Shown in pieces: positions 8,221 to 16,979 of a stretch of 54,617 bases of DNA. This DNA comes from a virus. Lineage: Duplodnaviria; Caudoviricetes. Under the pieces are notes generated by a model, which was not told the origin of the DNA, did not search any database, and saw nothing but the letters and a program-made list of their open reading frames with translations. The DNA is taken from positions 1 to 54,617 of IMG/VR virus record IMGVR_UViG_3300031949_000858; one strand, given 5' to 3'. Both the position numbers and the translations under genes were made by a program. Within the stretch, counting starts at the first letter, position 1; every line of letters starts with the position of its first letter.

Positions 8221-8228
8221 AGCTCCCC

Positions 8229-8420
8229 ATGGCTCTCCCTCAGCTCCCTTACGCAGAAGCCAAGCAGGTCTATACTCTCGTCCTGCGGCACCATTGGTCT
8301 CCGGAGAAAATCCGTCTCCAGGCCCTTCCACACCGACCCCTTGCCCTAATCAGGCTCGTTGCCTCCAGGGCCCTCAGAGCCCAGCCTAAGCGCTCCCACA
8401 AGCGCTCCCCGCCCCCTTAG
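8229..8420 (+). CDS. Small basic hypothetical protein
   Basis: 63 aa, first ORF after the promoter; no clear SD. Confidence 0.5.
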   Translation: MALPQLPYAEAKQVYTLVLRHHWSPEKIRLQALPHRPLALIRLVASRALRAQPKRSHKRSPPP

Positions 8421-8504
8421 CTCGTCCCTCTCGCCCCGCGCTCTCTCCCTTCTCTCTCCTTCGCTTCCCTTGCGCCTCGGCAAGCCCCGTGCCACATTCC
8501 ATTT

Positions 8505-9059
8505 GTGGCCAGCTACCTCACCACTGGAAGCCCAGTTCCTTATCGCCAGCCGGATTACCACGACTTCGAGCTGGCAATCCGCTTCATAGAAGGGGCAGAG
8601 CTAAGGCCAGGTGAACTCGCTCAGGTTCAAGTCCCTTCCCCTGCGTTAGTAGAAGCCATTCACCGGACCAAGCACTGTCTCTCCAGCCAAATCGAAGCCA
8701 GCCGCCAGTGTCTACTGGCCCTCATGCCGGACGTAATCCAGGCGTACGGGGACCTTCTCCAGTCGCCTAATGAACGGGTTCGGCTCGACACGGCAAAGGC
8801 AGTCTCGGCGCTGGTACTTCCGCAGCGCCCCGTTGAAATTGATGTCCGGCATGGAATTGCAACAGAGGACCGCCAGCTCGTCGGGCAGGCAGCGGCCGAC
8901 TTCCATCGGCTAACGAACGAGCTGGTCGATCAGCTAAAAGAAGCCCGCGCCGCCAAGACCATCGATATCACCCGGAGCAAGCATGTTCTGCGGGGCACCG
9001 ACGCGCGGCCACAGCCCGGAGCACTGGAGCGGCCCGAGCAGCTCGACGGACTCCCGTGA
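8505..9059 (+). CDS. Putative terminase small subunit
   Basis: Immediately upstream of TerL and overlapping it; helical, LLQSPNERVRLDTAKAV segment. Confidence 0.55.
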   Translation: MASYLTTGSPVPYRQPDYHDFELAIRFIEGAELRPGELAQVQVPSPALVEAIHRTKHCLSSQIEASRQCLLALMPDVIQAYGDLLQSPNERVRLDTAKAVSALVLPQRPVEIDVRHGIATEDRQLVGQAAADFHRLTNELVDQLKEARAAKTIDITRSKHVLRGTDARPQPGALERPEQLDGLP

Positions 9060-10675
9060 AACAGGGCGGCATTCCCGCGCTGGATGACATGGCGGCCAGT
9101 GGCGGCCAGCCCCACGAAGCAACCCAGCAGCAGCTTGCACAGATCCGCCTTCAGCTAAACGACTCTCTCTACCTGTTCTCCCACTACATCATGGGGTTCG
9201 ATCAGCTCGAGCCGCTCTACCACGGGCAGATGTGCGCTTGGGTCGAAAACTGGGGCCAGCCCGGCTACCAGCGAGCCATGATGCAGTCGCCCCGAGACTC
9301 GCTGAAAAGCAGCATTGGAACGGTTGCAGATTCGCTTCGGCAGATCTGCTGCGAACCTGCGAAGCCGTTAGTGATCTTCAATGAGACTGCCGGGAACACA
9401 AGCCAATGGCTCCAGGCCATTCGTTCGACTGTTGAGCGGTCTCCGCTCTTCCACGCGGTTTATCGAGACCTGATTCCCCGAGGGGTTGCGTTCAATGATC
9501 CGCGAGCGCGAAGCCACGCGCTCAAGTGGAACGATGACCGGCTGGACTTCGAGGGCCGCCGCCATTCCGACCCCGAAGGCTCGATTATGGGGTTTGGTGT
9601 GGGCGGCGCTTCGACGGGCCACCACTGGCCTAAAATCAAGTTCGACGATCTCGTCGGGCCGAAGCACCGGGATAGCGCGGCTGAAATGGCCCAGGTGCGG
9701 AACTGGCTCAAGACCCATCTGGAGCTAATGCGGCCGGCGAAGGGTGGAATGTGCTTGACCATGTGTACGCCGTGGCTGCACAAAGATGTATATGTAGACC
9801 TAACGGATGACTTCGATTACGTACTGTATCGGAGGAGCGCGCTTGAGAATGCTGACGGGGACCCTGACCTAAACGGTGAGCCTATTCTAACCCGTTATAG
9901 CAAGGCAGAGCTACTAAAGGCTGCGAACCGAGACTGGTCTACCTTTATGAGCCAGTCTATGTGTCTACCGATGCCAGCGGGTGAGATGGCGCTAGTGCCA
10001 AGCCACCTACGGTGGTTTCGTATCGTCGACAACACGCTCTATATCGAGCCCCAGTTTGTTCGGCCAGGTGAGCCGGCTCAGGTTCCGATTCATCGGCTCC
10101 GGAAAGTGATCATTCTTGACCCGGCGCCGTCGGAGAAAAGTGAGCTAAAAGCTGAACCCGGGTCCCGAAACGGTATCGTTGTGATCGGTGTCGACCCGGT
10201 GGGGAGAAAGTTCATTCTCGAAAGCCTCGCCGTTCGGCGACCGCTCCCGGGAGTGGTGGATCTGTTGTTCTTTCTCGCCAAAAAATGGCAAGCAGACCAG
10301 GTATTCGTCGAAGAAGTGAACTTCTCTGTTAGCTACCGCCACGTGATCCTTCTACTGCAACAGCCTGGCCAGAAATGGAGCGGCCTGCGGCTCCAGCCCG
10401 TTGCGATGCATCCAGGGAAAAAGGACAAGAACAAGCGGATTCTCGATACCACGCTGGGATGGCAAAGAGGGGACTACCTACTGAACCGGGAAGGCTGCGC
10501 ACCGTTCCAAATGGAGTACCTTACGTACCATCCCGCAGCAGATGAAAGAGACTGCTTGGATGCTTTCGCGTACCATTACTATGTAACGCCACCGCTCAGC
10601 GACCAACGAAGGCGGGAAGACCAAAAGCGACGCCGACAAGAGGAGCAACAGCGGGACCGGATCACCGCTTACTAA
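9056..10675 (+). CDS. terL: Terminase large subunit
   Basis: PRDSLKS Walker A variant, KIKFDDLV Walker B, ASTGHH, ILDPA nuclease motif, C-terminal DCLDA. Confidence 0.9.
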   Translation: MKQGGIPALDDMAASGGQPHEATQQQLAQIRLQLNDSLYLFSHYIMGFDQLEPLYHGQMCAWVENWGQPGYQRAMMQSPRDSLKSSIGTVADSLRQICCEPAKPLVIFNETAGNTSQWLQAIRSTVERSPLFHAVYRDLIPRGVAFNDPRARSHALKWNDDRLDFEGRRHSDPEGSIMGFGVGGASTGHHWPKIKFDDLVGPKHRDSAAEMAQVRNWLKTHLELMRPAKGGMCLTMCTPWLHKDVYVDLTDDFDYVLYRRSALENADGDPDLNGEPILTRYSKAELLKAANRDWSTFMSQSMCLPMPAGEMALVPSHLRWFRIVDNTLYIEPQFVRPGEPAQVPIHRLRKVIILDPAPSEKSELKAEPGSRNGIVVIGVDPVGRKFILESLAVRRPLPGVVDLLFFLAKKWQADQVFVEEVNFSVSYRHVILLLQQPGQKWSGLRLQPVAMHPGKKDKNKRILDTTLGWQRGDYLLNREGCAPFQMEYLTYHPAADERDCLDAFAYHYYVTPPLSDQRRREDQKRRRQEEQQRDRITAY

Positions 10676-10676
10676 G

Positions 10677-10994
10677 ATGGCAGAGAAAAACGACGTTCTA
10701 GAGCGCCTTGGTATTACCGAGGAGCGGCTCCAAACGATGATGAACCGGCGTAGTGTGCTCGGAATGCGCCGCCGCTTTACTGTGGTAGTTCCGTTTTCGG
10801 TCTACTGCGCCTTTCAAGAGCTGGTTGAACGGGTGAAAAGCGGGGAGCTTTCGAAAGAAGCCGCCGATTCCCAATTCGATCAGAGGATTCGGCCCCATTT
10901 TGGGAAAATGCCCGACGGCTTTAGCAAAGAGCGGGGTGATCTAGTCCAGTTCGACTACCCCCGGAGCGCACCGCGTGTTGTCTTGCCCAGCTAA
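10677..10994 (+). CDS. Hypothetical protein
   Basis: 105 aa, in operon. Confidence 0.65.
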   Translation: MAEKNDVLERLGITEERLQTMMNRRSVLGMRRRFTVVVPFSVYCAFQELVERVKSGELSKEAADSQFDQRIRPHFGKMPDGFSKERGDLVQFDYPRSAPRVVLPS

Positions 10995-11007
10995 GGGACC
11001 GAATGGG

Positions 11008-11193
11008 GTGGCCGAGAAGGCGTTCCGCTACTACCAGCGGGTGAGGGCTTGGGACTGGACCCGGCGGTATGTGCCTGAGTGGGCGATGTGTGATCTAGCG
11101 GACGAATACGAGTGGACCGGAGCCGTTATTCTAACAGATGACGGTACGGAGCTGTTTGAAATGCGCATTCTAGTGGAGAACGAACATGAGTGA
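11008..11193 (+). CDS. Hypothetical protein
   Basis: GTG start inferred; stop overlaps next gene. Confidence 0.5.
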   Translation: MAEKAFRYYQRVRAWDWTRRYVPEWAMCDLADEYEWTGAVILTDDGTELFEMRILVENEHE

Positions 11194-11590
11194 GACAAAC
11201 CCCTTCGAGCTGCCCAGCGAATGGGATCACCTGCCAGGGCCGAAAGAGCTTTCAAACTGGATGACGTTCCTTCCGGGAATAGATTACTGCTGGGCGTTGG
11301 TGCGGAACCTGCCGAAGAGCAAAAAGCACGGCTGGAGTCTGATCCAGCTCAGTGGGCCGGATGGTTTGGTGGGGCAGGTAAGCCCGATGCAGGTTGCTGG
11401 GCAGGACGTAATCCTGCTCTGTCAGGGGAAGCCGATTATTGGCTGCCCACCCGGGACGACAGGGGTGGTTTTCAAGATCGACCCCGAGCTAGCCGAGCTA
11501 CTGAAGGTAAATGGGGCGGTGAAGGAGGCGGAAGGTTCTGAAAACCGGCTTTCGAAGCTCCCCCAGCCGAAGCAAGCAGCAGCTCGCTAG
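11186..11590 (+). CDS. Hypothetical protein
   Basis: 134 aa with upstream GGAG. Confidence 0.65.
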   Translation: MSETNPFELPSEWDHLPGPKELSNWMTFLPGIDYCWALVRNLPKSKKHGWSLIQLSGPDGLVGQVSPMQVAGQDVILLCQGKPIIGCPPGTTGVVFKIDPELAELLKVNGAVKEAEGSENRLSKLPQPKQAAAR

Positions 11591-11598
11591 GCGAACGA

Positions 11599-13584
11599 AT
11601 GGCCGAAGCCGTTGTTATTGGCCAGAAGCTGAAACTAGACGCCGATGCCCTGCGAAACATGCGAAGGGCGCTGGATGACCTGATTATTCCGGCGTTAGGC
11701 CAGCATGAGACTACCAAAGAGCAGGCAGCGCTTGACTGGGAGTGGTATGAGGCGAAGCCGTTTGTTCCAACCCGCTCTCGCCCGTTCCAGAACGCCTCGA
11801 ACATGGTCTACCCGCTTATTGCGACTCATGCAGACTCTCTTCAAGCGAGGCGGTTCCTTTCGCTCTTTCCTACGAGCCAGGTTTGGGCTCCGAGCACGAA
11901 GAACGAGGCGCTACGTACTCAGGCGAAAGAGCTAGTCGAGTTTTGGAACAACGAAGCCGACGATAACGCATTCGATTTCCGCTCCCCTTCCAACGATGCC
12001 CTGTTGAGTTCGACCGTCTGCGGCCGGGGCGTTCTCGCGCTCCAGTGGGGCCGGCGAGTGAGGAGCCGGTTCTTTGAAGGCTCGAAAGTTCCCCGCCCCG
12101 TGCAGCTGCATAACGGAATTCACGTGTTCAACGTTCCGCTGGGGCAAATTTGCTGGCAGCCGGGGCGCTCGATTGCCGAGAGCGAATACGTAATCCGGTC
12201 GACCTTTATGACGCCGGGGGACTTGATCCGGGCGGCTACTCCGGCTGGCCAAGGCGGCGGCGACTGGGATAAGGAAGCCGTTGCCAAGCTGTTCAAGGGG
12301 GGCGGTTCGCAGAGCCGAGCGTGGGCTGAGACTATGGACCTCGCCAGCATTCGCCCCGACGGCCCTGAGGCGTTCAAGCCGTTTGAAATTGTCGAGCTGA
12401 ACGTGGAATGGCCGTTGATGAGTGGGTATCGCGTTGCGGGGCCAACCGATGACCAGTTCCAAGCGAGACCTGCGATAACGGTCTATTTCGAGCGGGAAAG
12501 CATGGAGATCCTCCATGTAATGGCATACCCCTACCCGGTGAGTAGCTGGGCCTTCTACGAGCTGGCCTACCGGCGAACGGGGCAGCCAGGCGGAAGCCGT
12601 GGTGTCGCGAAAGACCTCGAACACCTACAGGCAGGTATGTCGACCATGTTGAATCAAGCGGTGGATTCGATTAGCTGGAGCAACCGAATCCTGGGCCTTA
12701 CAGGGGATGCAAACCTGGTCGGGCAGACCTTTGGGGATGGGCTGGTTTACACAACTGCAGGGCTTGATCAGACTCGGTTCGACCTGAAGCCACAGCCTTT
12801 CGTTCAGCCCAACGTTGCGATTATTCAGTTGCTGCTGGCGGCTGCCGAGCGGAAAACTGGCATGAGCGACCCTAACTTCGGAAGGGAGTCGCGCTCCGGT
12901 GGTCACCCGGCCCCTGCAACGAGCACGGTCGCGCTGCTGAAGCAAGGGCAGATCGTTCTAGCGCGTACGCTCTCGTTCGACCGGCTGGAGCTGTCCCGCT
13001 TCGCTGAAGATGGAATTTCGCTGTATCAGTATTTCGAGGCAGCACAGAACGGGAACAGAATCGAACGAGTGATTGGCCTTGGAGACTCCGAGGTTGTTCG
13101 CTCAGTTCTGTTCCCCGAAGGGCCGGTAGCGGGCGGGCTCGGAATCAACTTGCGGACCGCTAGCGAAACAGACAACGCCGAAGCCCTATTCCAACGTGCA
13201 GTACAGATTGATCAAGTACTCACCAACTACTACGCGAAAGTAGTCCAGGGCCTAAACGTGGCCCTTCAGGCTATGCAGGCGCCACCGCCGTTCAACCAAT
13301 TCATTTTGAAGGCAGCCTTCAGTTCATTGCAGGGTATCACCGAATCTGCAGAGCGCATTCTCTCCGCCGCTAACGTCGACGACCCTGAGGTATTCATTGA
13401 ACAGCTCCGAGGCGCTATCACCGAGGGCACTGTCGGTGCTCTCCAAGCTGTCCAGCAACAGGCAGCCCTCGGACTCCAGGCCGCACAGCAAGGGGCGCCC
13501 GCTGGACCCCCAGTTCAGACAGGTCCTGGAGGCGTTCCAGCAACAGCTCCAGGGCCAGCTACTGGCCCGAATGGGGAAGTTTGA
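11599..13584 (+). CDS. Portal protein
   Basis: 661 aa after TerL; PFQNASN near N-terminus, GVAKDLEHLQ...NQAVD, AERKTG, Q/P-rich tail typical of podovirus portals. Confidence 0.85.
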   Translation: MAEAVVIGQKLKLDADALRNMRRALDDLIIPALGQHETTKEQAALDWEWYEAKPFVPTRSRPFQNASNMVYPLIATHADSLQARRFLSLFPTSQVWAPSTKNEALRTQAKELVEFWNNEADDNAFDFRSPSNDALLSSTVCGRGVLALQWGRRVRSRFFEGSKVPRPVQLHNGIHVFNVPLGQICWQPGRSIAESEYVIRSTFMTPGDLIRAATPAGQGGGDWDKEAVAKLFKGGGSQSRAWAETMDLASIRPDGPEAFKPFEIVELNVEWPLMSGYRVAGPTDDQFQARPAITVYFERESMEILHVMAYPYPVSSWAFYELAYRRTGQPGGSRGVAKDLEHLQAGMSTMLNQAVDSISWSNRILGLTGDANLVGQTFGDGLVYTTAGLDQTRFDLKPQPFVQPNVAIIQLLLAAAERKTGMSDPNFGRESRSGGHPAPATSTVALLKQGQIVLARTLSFDRLELSRFAEDGISLYQYFEAAQNGNRIERVIGLGDSEVVRSVLFPEGPVAGGLGINLRTASETDNAEALFQRAVQIDQVLTNYYAKVVQGLNVALQAMQAPPPFNQFILKAAFSSLQGITESAERILSAANVDDPEVFIEQLRGAITEGTVGALQAVQQQAALGLQAAQQGAPAGPPVQTGPGGVPATAPGPATGPNGEV

Positions 13585-13744
13585 CGAGTCGCCGGAGCAG
13601 CGGGGGTACCAGACTGGCTTTCTAAAGGGCCAGTCGGACCTCTGTACGATGATCCTTTCGGGGCTTCTCGCCGACTGGCCGGAGCCCCTCGCGAGTGAGC
13701 CGGCTGCGTACCAGCGGCCGGATTCGACCGATCAAAGAGAGTAG
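13571..13744 (+). CDS. Small head-assembly-associated protein
   Basis: ATG at 13571; GYQTGFLKG motif; lies between portal and scaffold. Confidence 0.5.
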   Translation: MGKFDESPEQRGYQTGFLKGQSDLCTMILSGLLADWPEPLASEPAAYQRPDSTDQRE

Positions 13745-13750
13745 GGACCT

Positions 13751-14554
13751 ATGCCTGACCAGCCTGTTGTTCCAGTGAGCCAGCCAAGCCAGCCGGTGGT
13801 GGAGACGACTCCCTCCACCACCGCGCCTGGCGAAGCCCCCGTGTCTCGGGCCGAGATGCAGCAGTTTGGGCAGGCGCTCGTCGGCGCGATGCAGGGGCTT
13901 TCCCAGCAGGTGGCCCGGGCGCAGCAGCCCGCGCCGGCCGTTGCCGATCCGCGGGACCCGGGAACCCAGATTCTGACCCGGGTTGCGGCGGGGGACTTGT
14001 CCGATGTAGACCGCCGAGTGGATGCCCGGCTGACCGAAAGCGGCCTGGTTGGGTTTCTCGGGGCTCGGGCCGCTGCGGAGGCCGCCTCGAATGAACAGGC
14101 AGTTCGGGCGCGGGTTGACGCTGAGTTCGGGGCAGGAACCTACGACTCTGAGCTGAAGGGGATTGTTGAGAACCAGCTCGGGGAGTCGGTGGCGGCGCGC
14201 TCGCTGCCGCAGGCGTGGGACAATGCGCTTTCGATGGCGAAGGGGCAGAAATTTGGGGCGCTTTCGACCCGGTTTACCGCAGTACAGAAAGCTGCTTCCG
14301 ACGCGGCTGCTGCAGCCGAGACGGCCCGAAACGCGGCTCCCTGGATGCCCGGGAACGGAATCCCTCCAAGCCAGAGCAACCGCCTCGACGAAGGCGACAC
14401 CCTCTTGATGCAGAAGATCAGCGGAAAGGTGGGCGGGAGAGTTCCGAAGGCTGAGGAAGCCGCGAAGCTTCGAGACCTCATGTGGCGCAGGGGTGCCGAT
14501 GGCGTTTCGATGGAAGATATCGAAGAGCTGGGAATCAGTATTCCAGCACACTAA
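13751..14554 (+). CDS. Putative scaffolding protein
   Basis: P/T-rich N-terminus, Ala-rich helices, position between portal and capsid. Confidence 0.6.
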   Translation: MPDQPVVPVSQPSQPVVETTPSTTAPGEAPVSRAEMQQFGQALVGAMQGLSQQVARAQQPAPAVADPRDPGTQILTRVAAGDLSDVDRRVDARLTESGLVGFLGARAAAEAASNEQAVRARVDAEFGAGTYDSELKGIVENQLGESVAARSLPQAWDNALSMAKGQKFGALSTRFTAVQKAASDAAAAAETARNAAPWMPGNGIPPSQSNRLDEGDTLLMQKISGKVGGRVPKAEEAAKLRDLMWRRGADGVSMEDIEELGISIPAH

Positions 14555-14598
14555 ACCAGTCTAACGAGTCGATCGGCTAGCTAGCTACTAGTCGCGAC

Positions 14599-14660
14599 CG
14601 CCAAAGCAGTCTTCTAGAAGAGGCTGTTCTTGTAACGAGGACAGCCTCTTTGCTTTGGCG
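14599..14660 (+). promoter_or_regulatory. Long intergenic RNA hairpin (processing/attenuation site?)
   Basis: CGCCAAAGCA/TGCTTTGGCG outer stem, 9-nt bulge, 15-bp inner stem with two G-U pairs on the sense strand. Confidence 0.7.
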
Positions 14661-14687
14661 TGATTCCACAAGGGAGCCCTGAACAGC

Positions 14688-15194
14688 ATGCAAGCCGGTA
14701 GAGATCATGAGTGGGCGAAGCCGTACAACCCCAACCCCGATCCGCATGAGCCGCACGGATCGCACATCGGGCCGTATTCGTGCCTGAACATTCGGAACCC
14801 GCGACCGGGTTACCACGCTGCGTATGCACACCGGGATGATCCGGGCGGATTCCACAATATGCAGATGATGGGGTTTCGGCCAGTCACCGCAGAGGGCGGG
14901 ACTCGCTTGGCGAGTGAGGTTCCGATGCAGTTTGGGGCTCCCCAGGATGATCTGATTGGTATGGGGAAGCTGGTTTTGATGGAGATTCCACTGGACCAGT
15001 ACGCTGAAGTTTTGGCCCGCGAAGCTGCACAGAGAGAGCTTGCGCTGAAGGGCCCGACCCAGAGCTTTCTCGATAAGGGTGCGGGGTTTAACAGGGAATA
15101 CGGCCGAAAGCCGGCTCGGGTTGGGGCAGTGTATGCGCTGCCGGAGCACGGTGAAAACGGCTACCGAACCAGCGATCACGGAGAGGATTACTGA
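14688..15194 (+). CDS. Head-module hypothetical protein
   Basis: 168 aa, GGGAG SD; LVLMEIP motif. Confidence 0.7.
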   Translation: MQAGRDHEWAKPYNPNPDPHEPHGSHIGPYSCLNIRNPRPGYHAAYAHRDDPGGFHNMQMMGFRPVTAEGGTRLASEVPMQFGAPQDDLIGMGKLVLMEIPLDQYAEVLAREAAQRELALKGPTQSFLDKGAGFNREYGRKPARVGAVYALPEHGENGYRTSDHGEDY

Positions 15195-15195
15195 A

Positions 15196-15792
15196 ATGGC
15201 GAAGGGCGATATCATGCCGTATCGGGGGGCGGACCAGGGATCGGTACTGCCGCCGACTGATGAGTTTCCACTCAAGGCGAGTGAGACGTTCGTTCAGGGA
15301 GAGCCGGTCTCGCTGAACAACGCGGGCGACCTGACCGAGAGTGCAAGCGCTCCAGCAGACGAAGACTTCCTTGGAATCGCTGCGATGAGCGGCGATACGG
15401 TGGGCGCGACCGATCCGAATGGGATCTTCCGCTCGCCCGAGGGCCTGTTTACGCCGGGTGCGAGCCCGAATCTGCCGGTTGCGGGCGACCTAATCTCGAT
15501 CTGGCGGGCCAAGCCAGGCCATAAGTGGGTGAGCAGAAACTTTGCGACGGATGGTGCGGGTACGGCTGCGGTGCCCACCAAAGCCAACGCTGTCGGCGAG
15601 GTTGCATCGTTGATTCTAGCAAGCGGTAACTGGTTTGTGGATGTGGGTGGTTCCGGTAGCCGAGTCGCTCGCATTGACAAGGTACTGGACGCAAAAGGGA
15701 ACGATATCGCTAGAAGCAGCGGAACGGGTGTGTTTGTGGTTTTCGAGTTCATTGCAACGCAGTCCACCAGCATTGATGCCCCGGCAGCCTAA
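15196..15792 (+). CDS. Putative capsid decoration/cement protein
   Basis: ATG at 15196 after GAGG; FVQGEPVSL...FLGIA pattern; upstream of the major capsid gene. Confidence 0.55.
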   Translation: MAKGDIMPYRGADQGSVLPPTDEFPLKASETFVQGEPVSLNNAGDLTESASAPADEDFLGIAAMSGDTVGATDPNGIFRSPEGLFTPGASPNLPVAGDLISIWRAKPGHKWVSRNFATDGAGTAAVPTKANAVGEVASLILASGNWFVDVGGSGSRVARIDKVLDAKGNDIARSSGTGVFVVFEFIATQSTSIDAPAA

Positions 15793-16028
15793 TGCGACTT
15801 ACTATCGTCGGAACGCTGGCTCAACTGGTAGCTGCTGTTCAAAGCAGTGCAGACCTTTGGTATGAGCTGGTTGGAGAGACTGTGACACGTTTTGTGATAA
15901 AGACTGGAATCGTTGCAGAGGGTGGTGGTATTCCCTGCATTTTCCAGCTTACCGAACCCGTCACTGAAACTGCGTTCTTGGCCGTATTTGTGGACACAGC
16001 AAACAAACCAGTCACGGCCATTCTGTAA
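15792..16028 (+). CDS. Hypothetical virion-module protein
   Basis: 78 aa, coupled start. Confidence 0.55.
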   Translation: MRLTIVGTLAQLVAAVQSSADLWYELVGETVTRFVIKTGIVAEGGGIPCIFQLTEPVTETAFLAVFVDTANKPVTAIL

Positions 16029-16044
16029 AACGAGGGAATGAACC

Positions 16045-16977
16045 ATGCCAGCTTTGAATCGAGGGTCGATCCCGGACGTAGTGGATACGAGGCCGCTTTG
16101 GCTCTCGTTTCTACTCTGGAAGCAAAACCCCAAGAGCTATACCGCTCTGTTCTATGTGAGCAAAGAGAGCGACGCTCACGTGGATATCATGGAGTTCTCG
16201 GGGCTCGGGCAGTTCCAGGCCAAGCCTGAGGGCACTGCGGTGGTCTACGACATTCCGGTCCAAGGGCGGCGCCGGAGAGTCGTTCACTCGACCTACGCGC
16301 TGGGAACTGCGGCAACCCATGAAGCTGTCGCTGACGCGAAGTTCAACGTGATCGACCGGCAGACCGAGGCGCTGACGCGCTCTCAGATCGACCACGAAGA
16401 GCGGCTGGCGTGGGCGCTTATCGACGCCTCGTTCACGACTGGGCTTTCGATCGACGCCGTTGCCATCATTTCGACGGCTCATACCATGCTCAAGCCGCGG
16501 ACGGTGGGGCAGACGCTGAGCAACCGGCTCGACCCGCATATTCCGGTCTCCTACGAAGGGCTGGAGGCTGCGAGCGTCATGTTCCTTGAGCAGCAGTCGA
16601 ACGAAGGCCACCAGATTGGGCAGACCCTCAAGGGGGCCCGGGTCGTCTGCAAGAGCAGCAAAGTCCATATTGCGAACAACATCATCGACGCCAAGGGACG
16701 GCCGGGGACCACGAATACCTTTGACACGAATCAGATTGCAAAGATGAGTCTATCGGTCGAAGCCTCTCCTTATCTGACCTCGGCAGAGGCATGGTGGCTC
16801 ATGGGCGCGAAGGGCTCTTCGGGTTCGCCGGGGAGTGGCTTCGTGTTCAATAACCGAGAGAGCTTCCGGATTACCAACTCGACCGATGCCGATACGGGTG
16901 ACCGGAAGTGGAGGGGTTGGTACAGAGCTTCTGTGTATAACAGAGAATGGCGCGAGAATATCGGGAGCACACCGTAG
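16045..16977 (+). CDS. Major capsid protein (HK97-fold, Mu gpT-like)
   Basis: 310 aa; SGLG..QAKPEG..V.YD, HSTYALG...T.EA..D, SPYLTSAEAWWL, NRE, DADTGD...R...R.S....WR...GS. Confidence 0.85.
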   Translation: MPALNRGSIPDVVDTRPLWLSFLLWKQNPKSYTALFYVSKESDAHVDIMEFSGLGQFQAKPEGTAVVYDIPVQGRRRRVVHSTYALGTAATHEAVADAKFNVIDRQTEALTRSQIDHEERLAWALIDASFTTGLSIDAVAIISTAHTMLKPRTVGQTLSNRLDPHIPVSYEGLEAASVMFLEQQSNEGHQIGQTLKGARVVCKSSKVHIANNIIDAKGRPGTTNTFDTNQIAKMSLSVEASPYLTSAEAWWLMGAKGSSGSPGSGFVFNNRESFRITNSTDADTGDRKWRGWYRASVYNREWRENIGSTP

Positions 16978-16979
16978 TC

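Noticed and set aside
6297-8228. tRNA genes or known ribozymes
   Set aside because: No cloverleaf/T-loop or hammerhead core found by eye; a covariance-model search would still be needed
13622-14551. Long antisense ORFs (also 18178-19143, 52855-53985 and others)
   Set aside because: Shadows of real genes in GC-rich DNA, with R/P/G-rich non-protein-like composition
14559-14571. 13-mer GTCTAACGAGTCG also found at 130-142
   Set aside because: A single 13-bp match is expected by chance in 54 kb, and the contexts are unrelated
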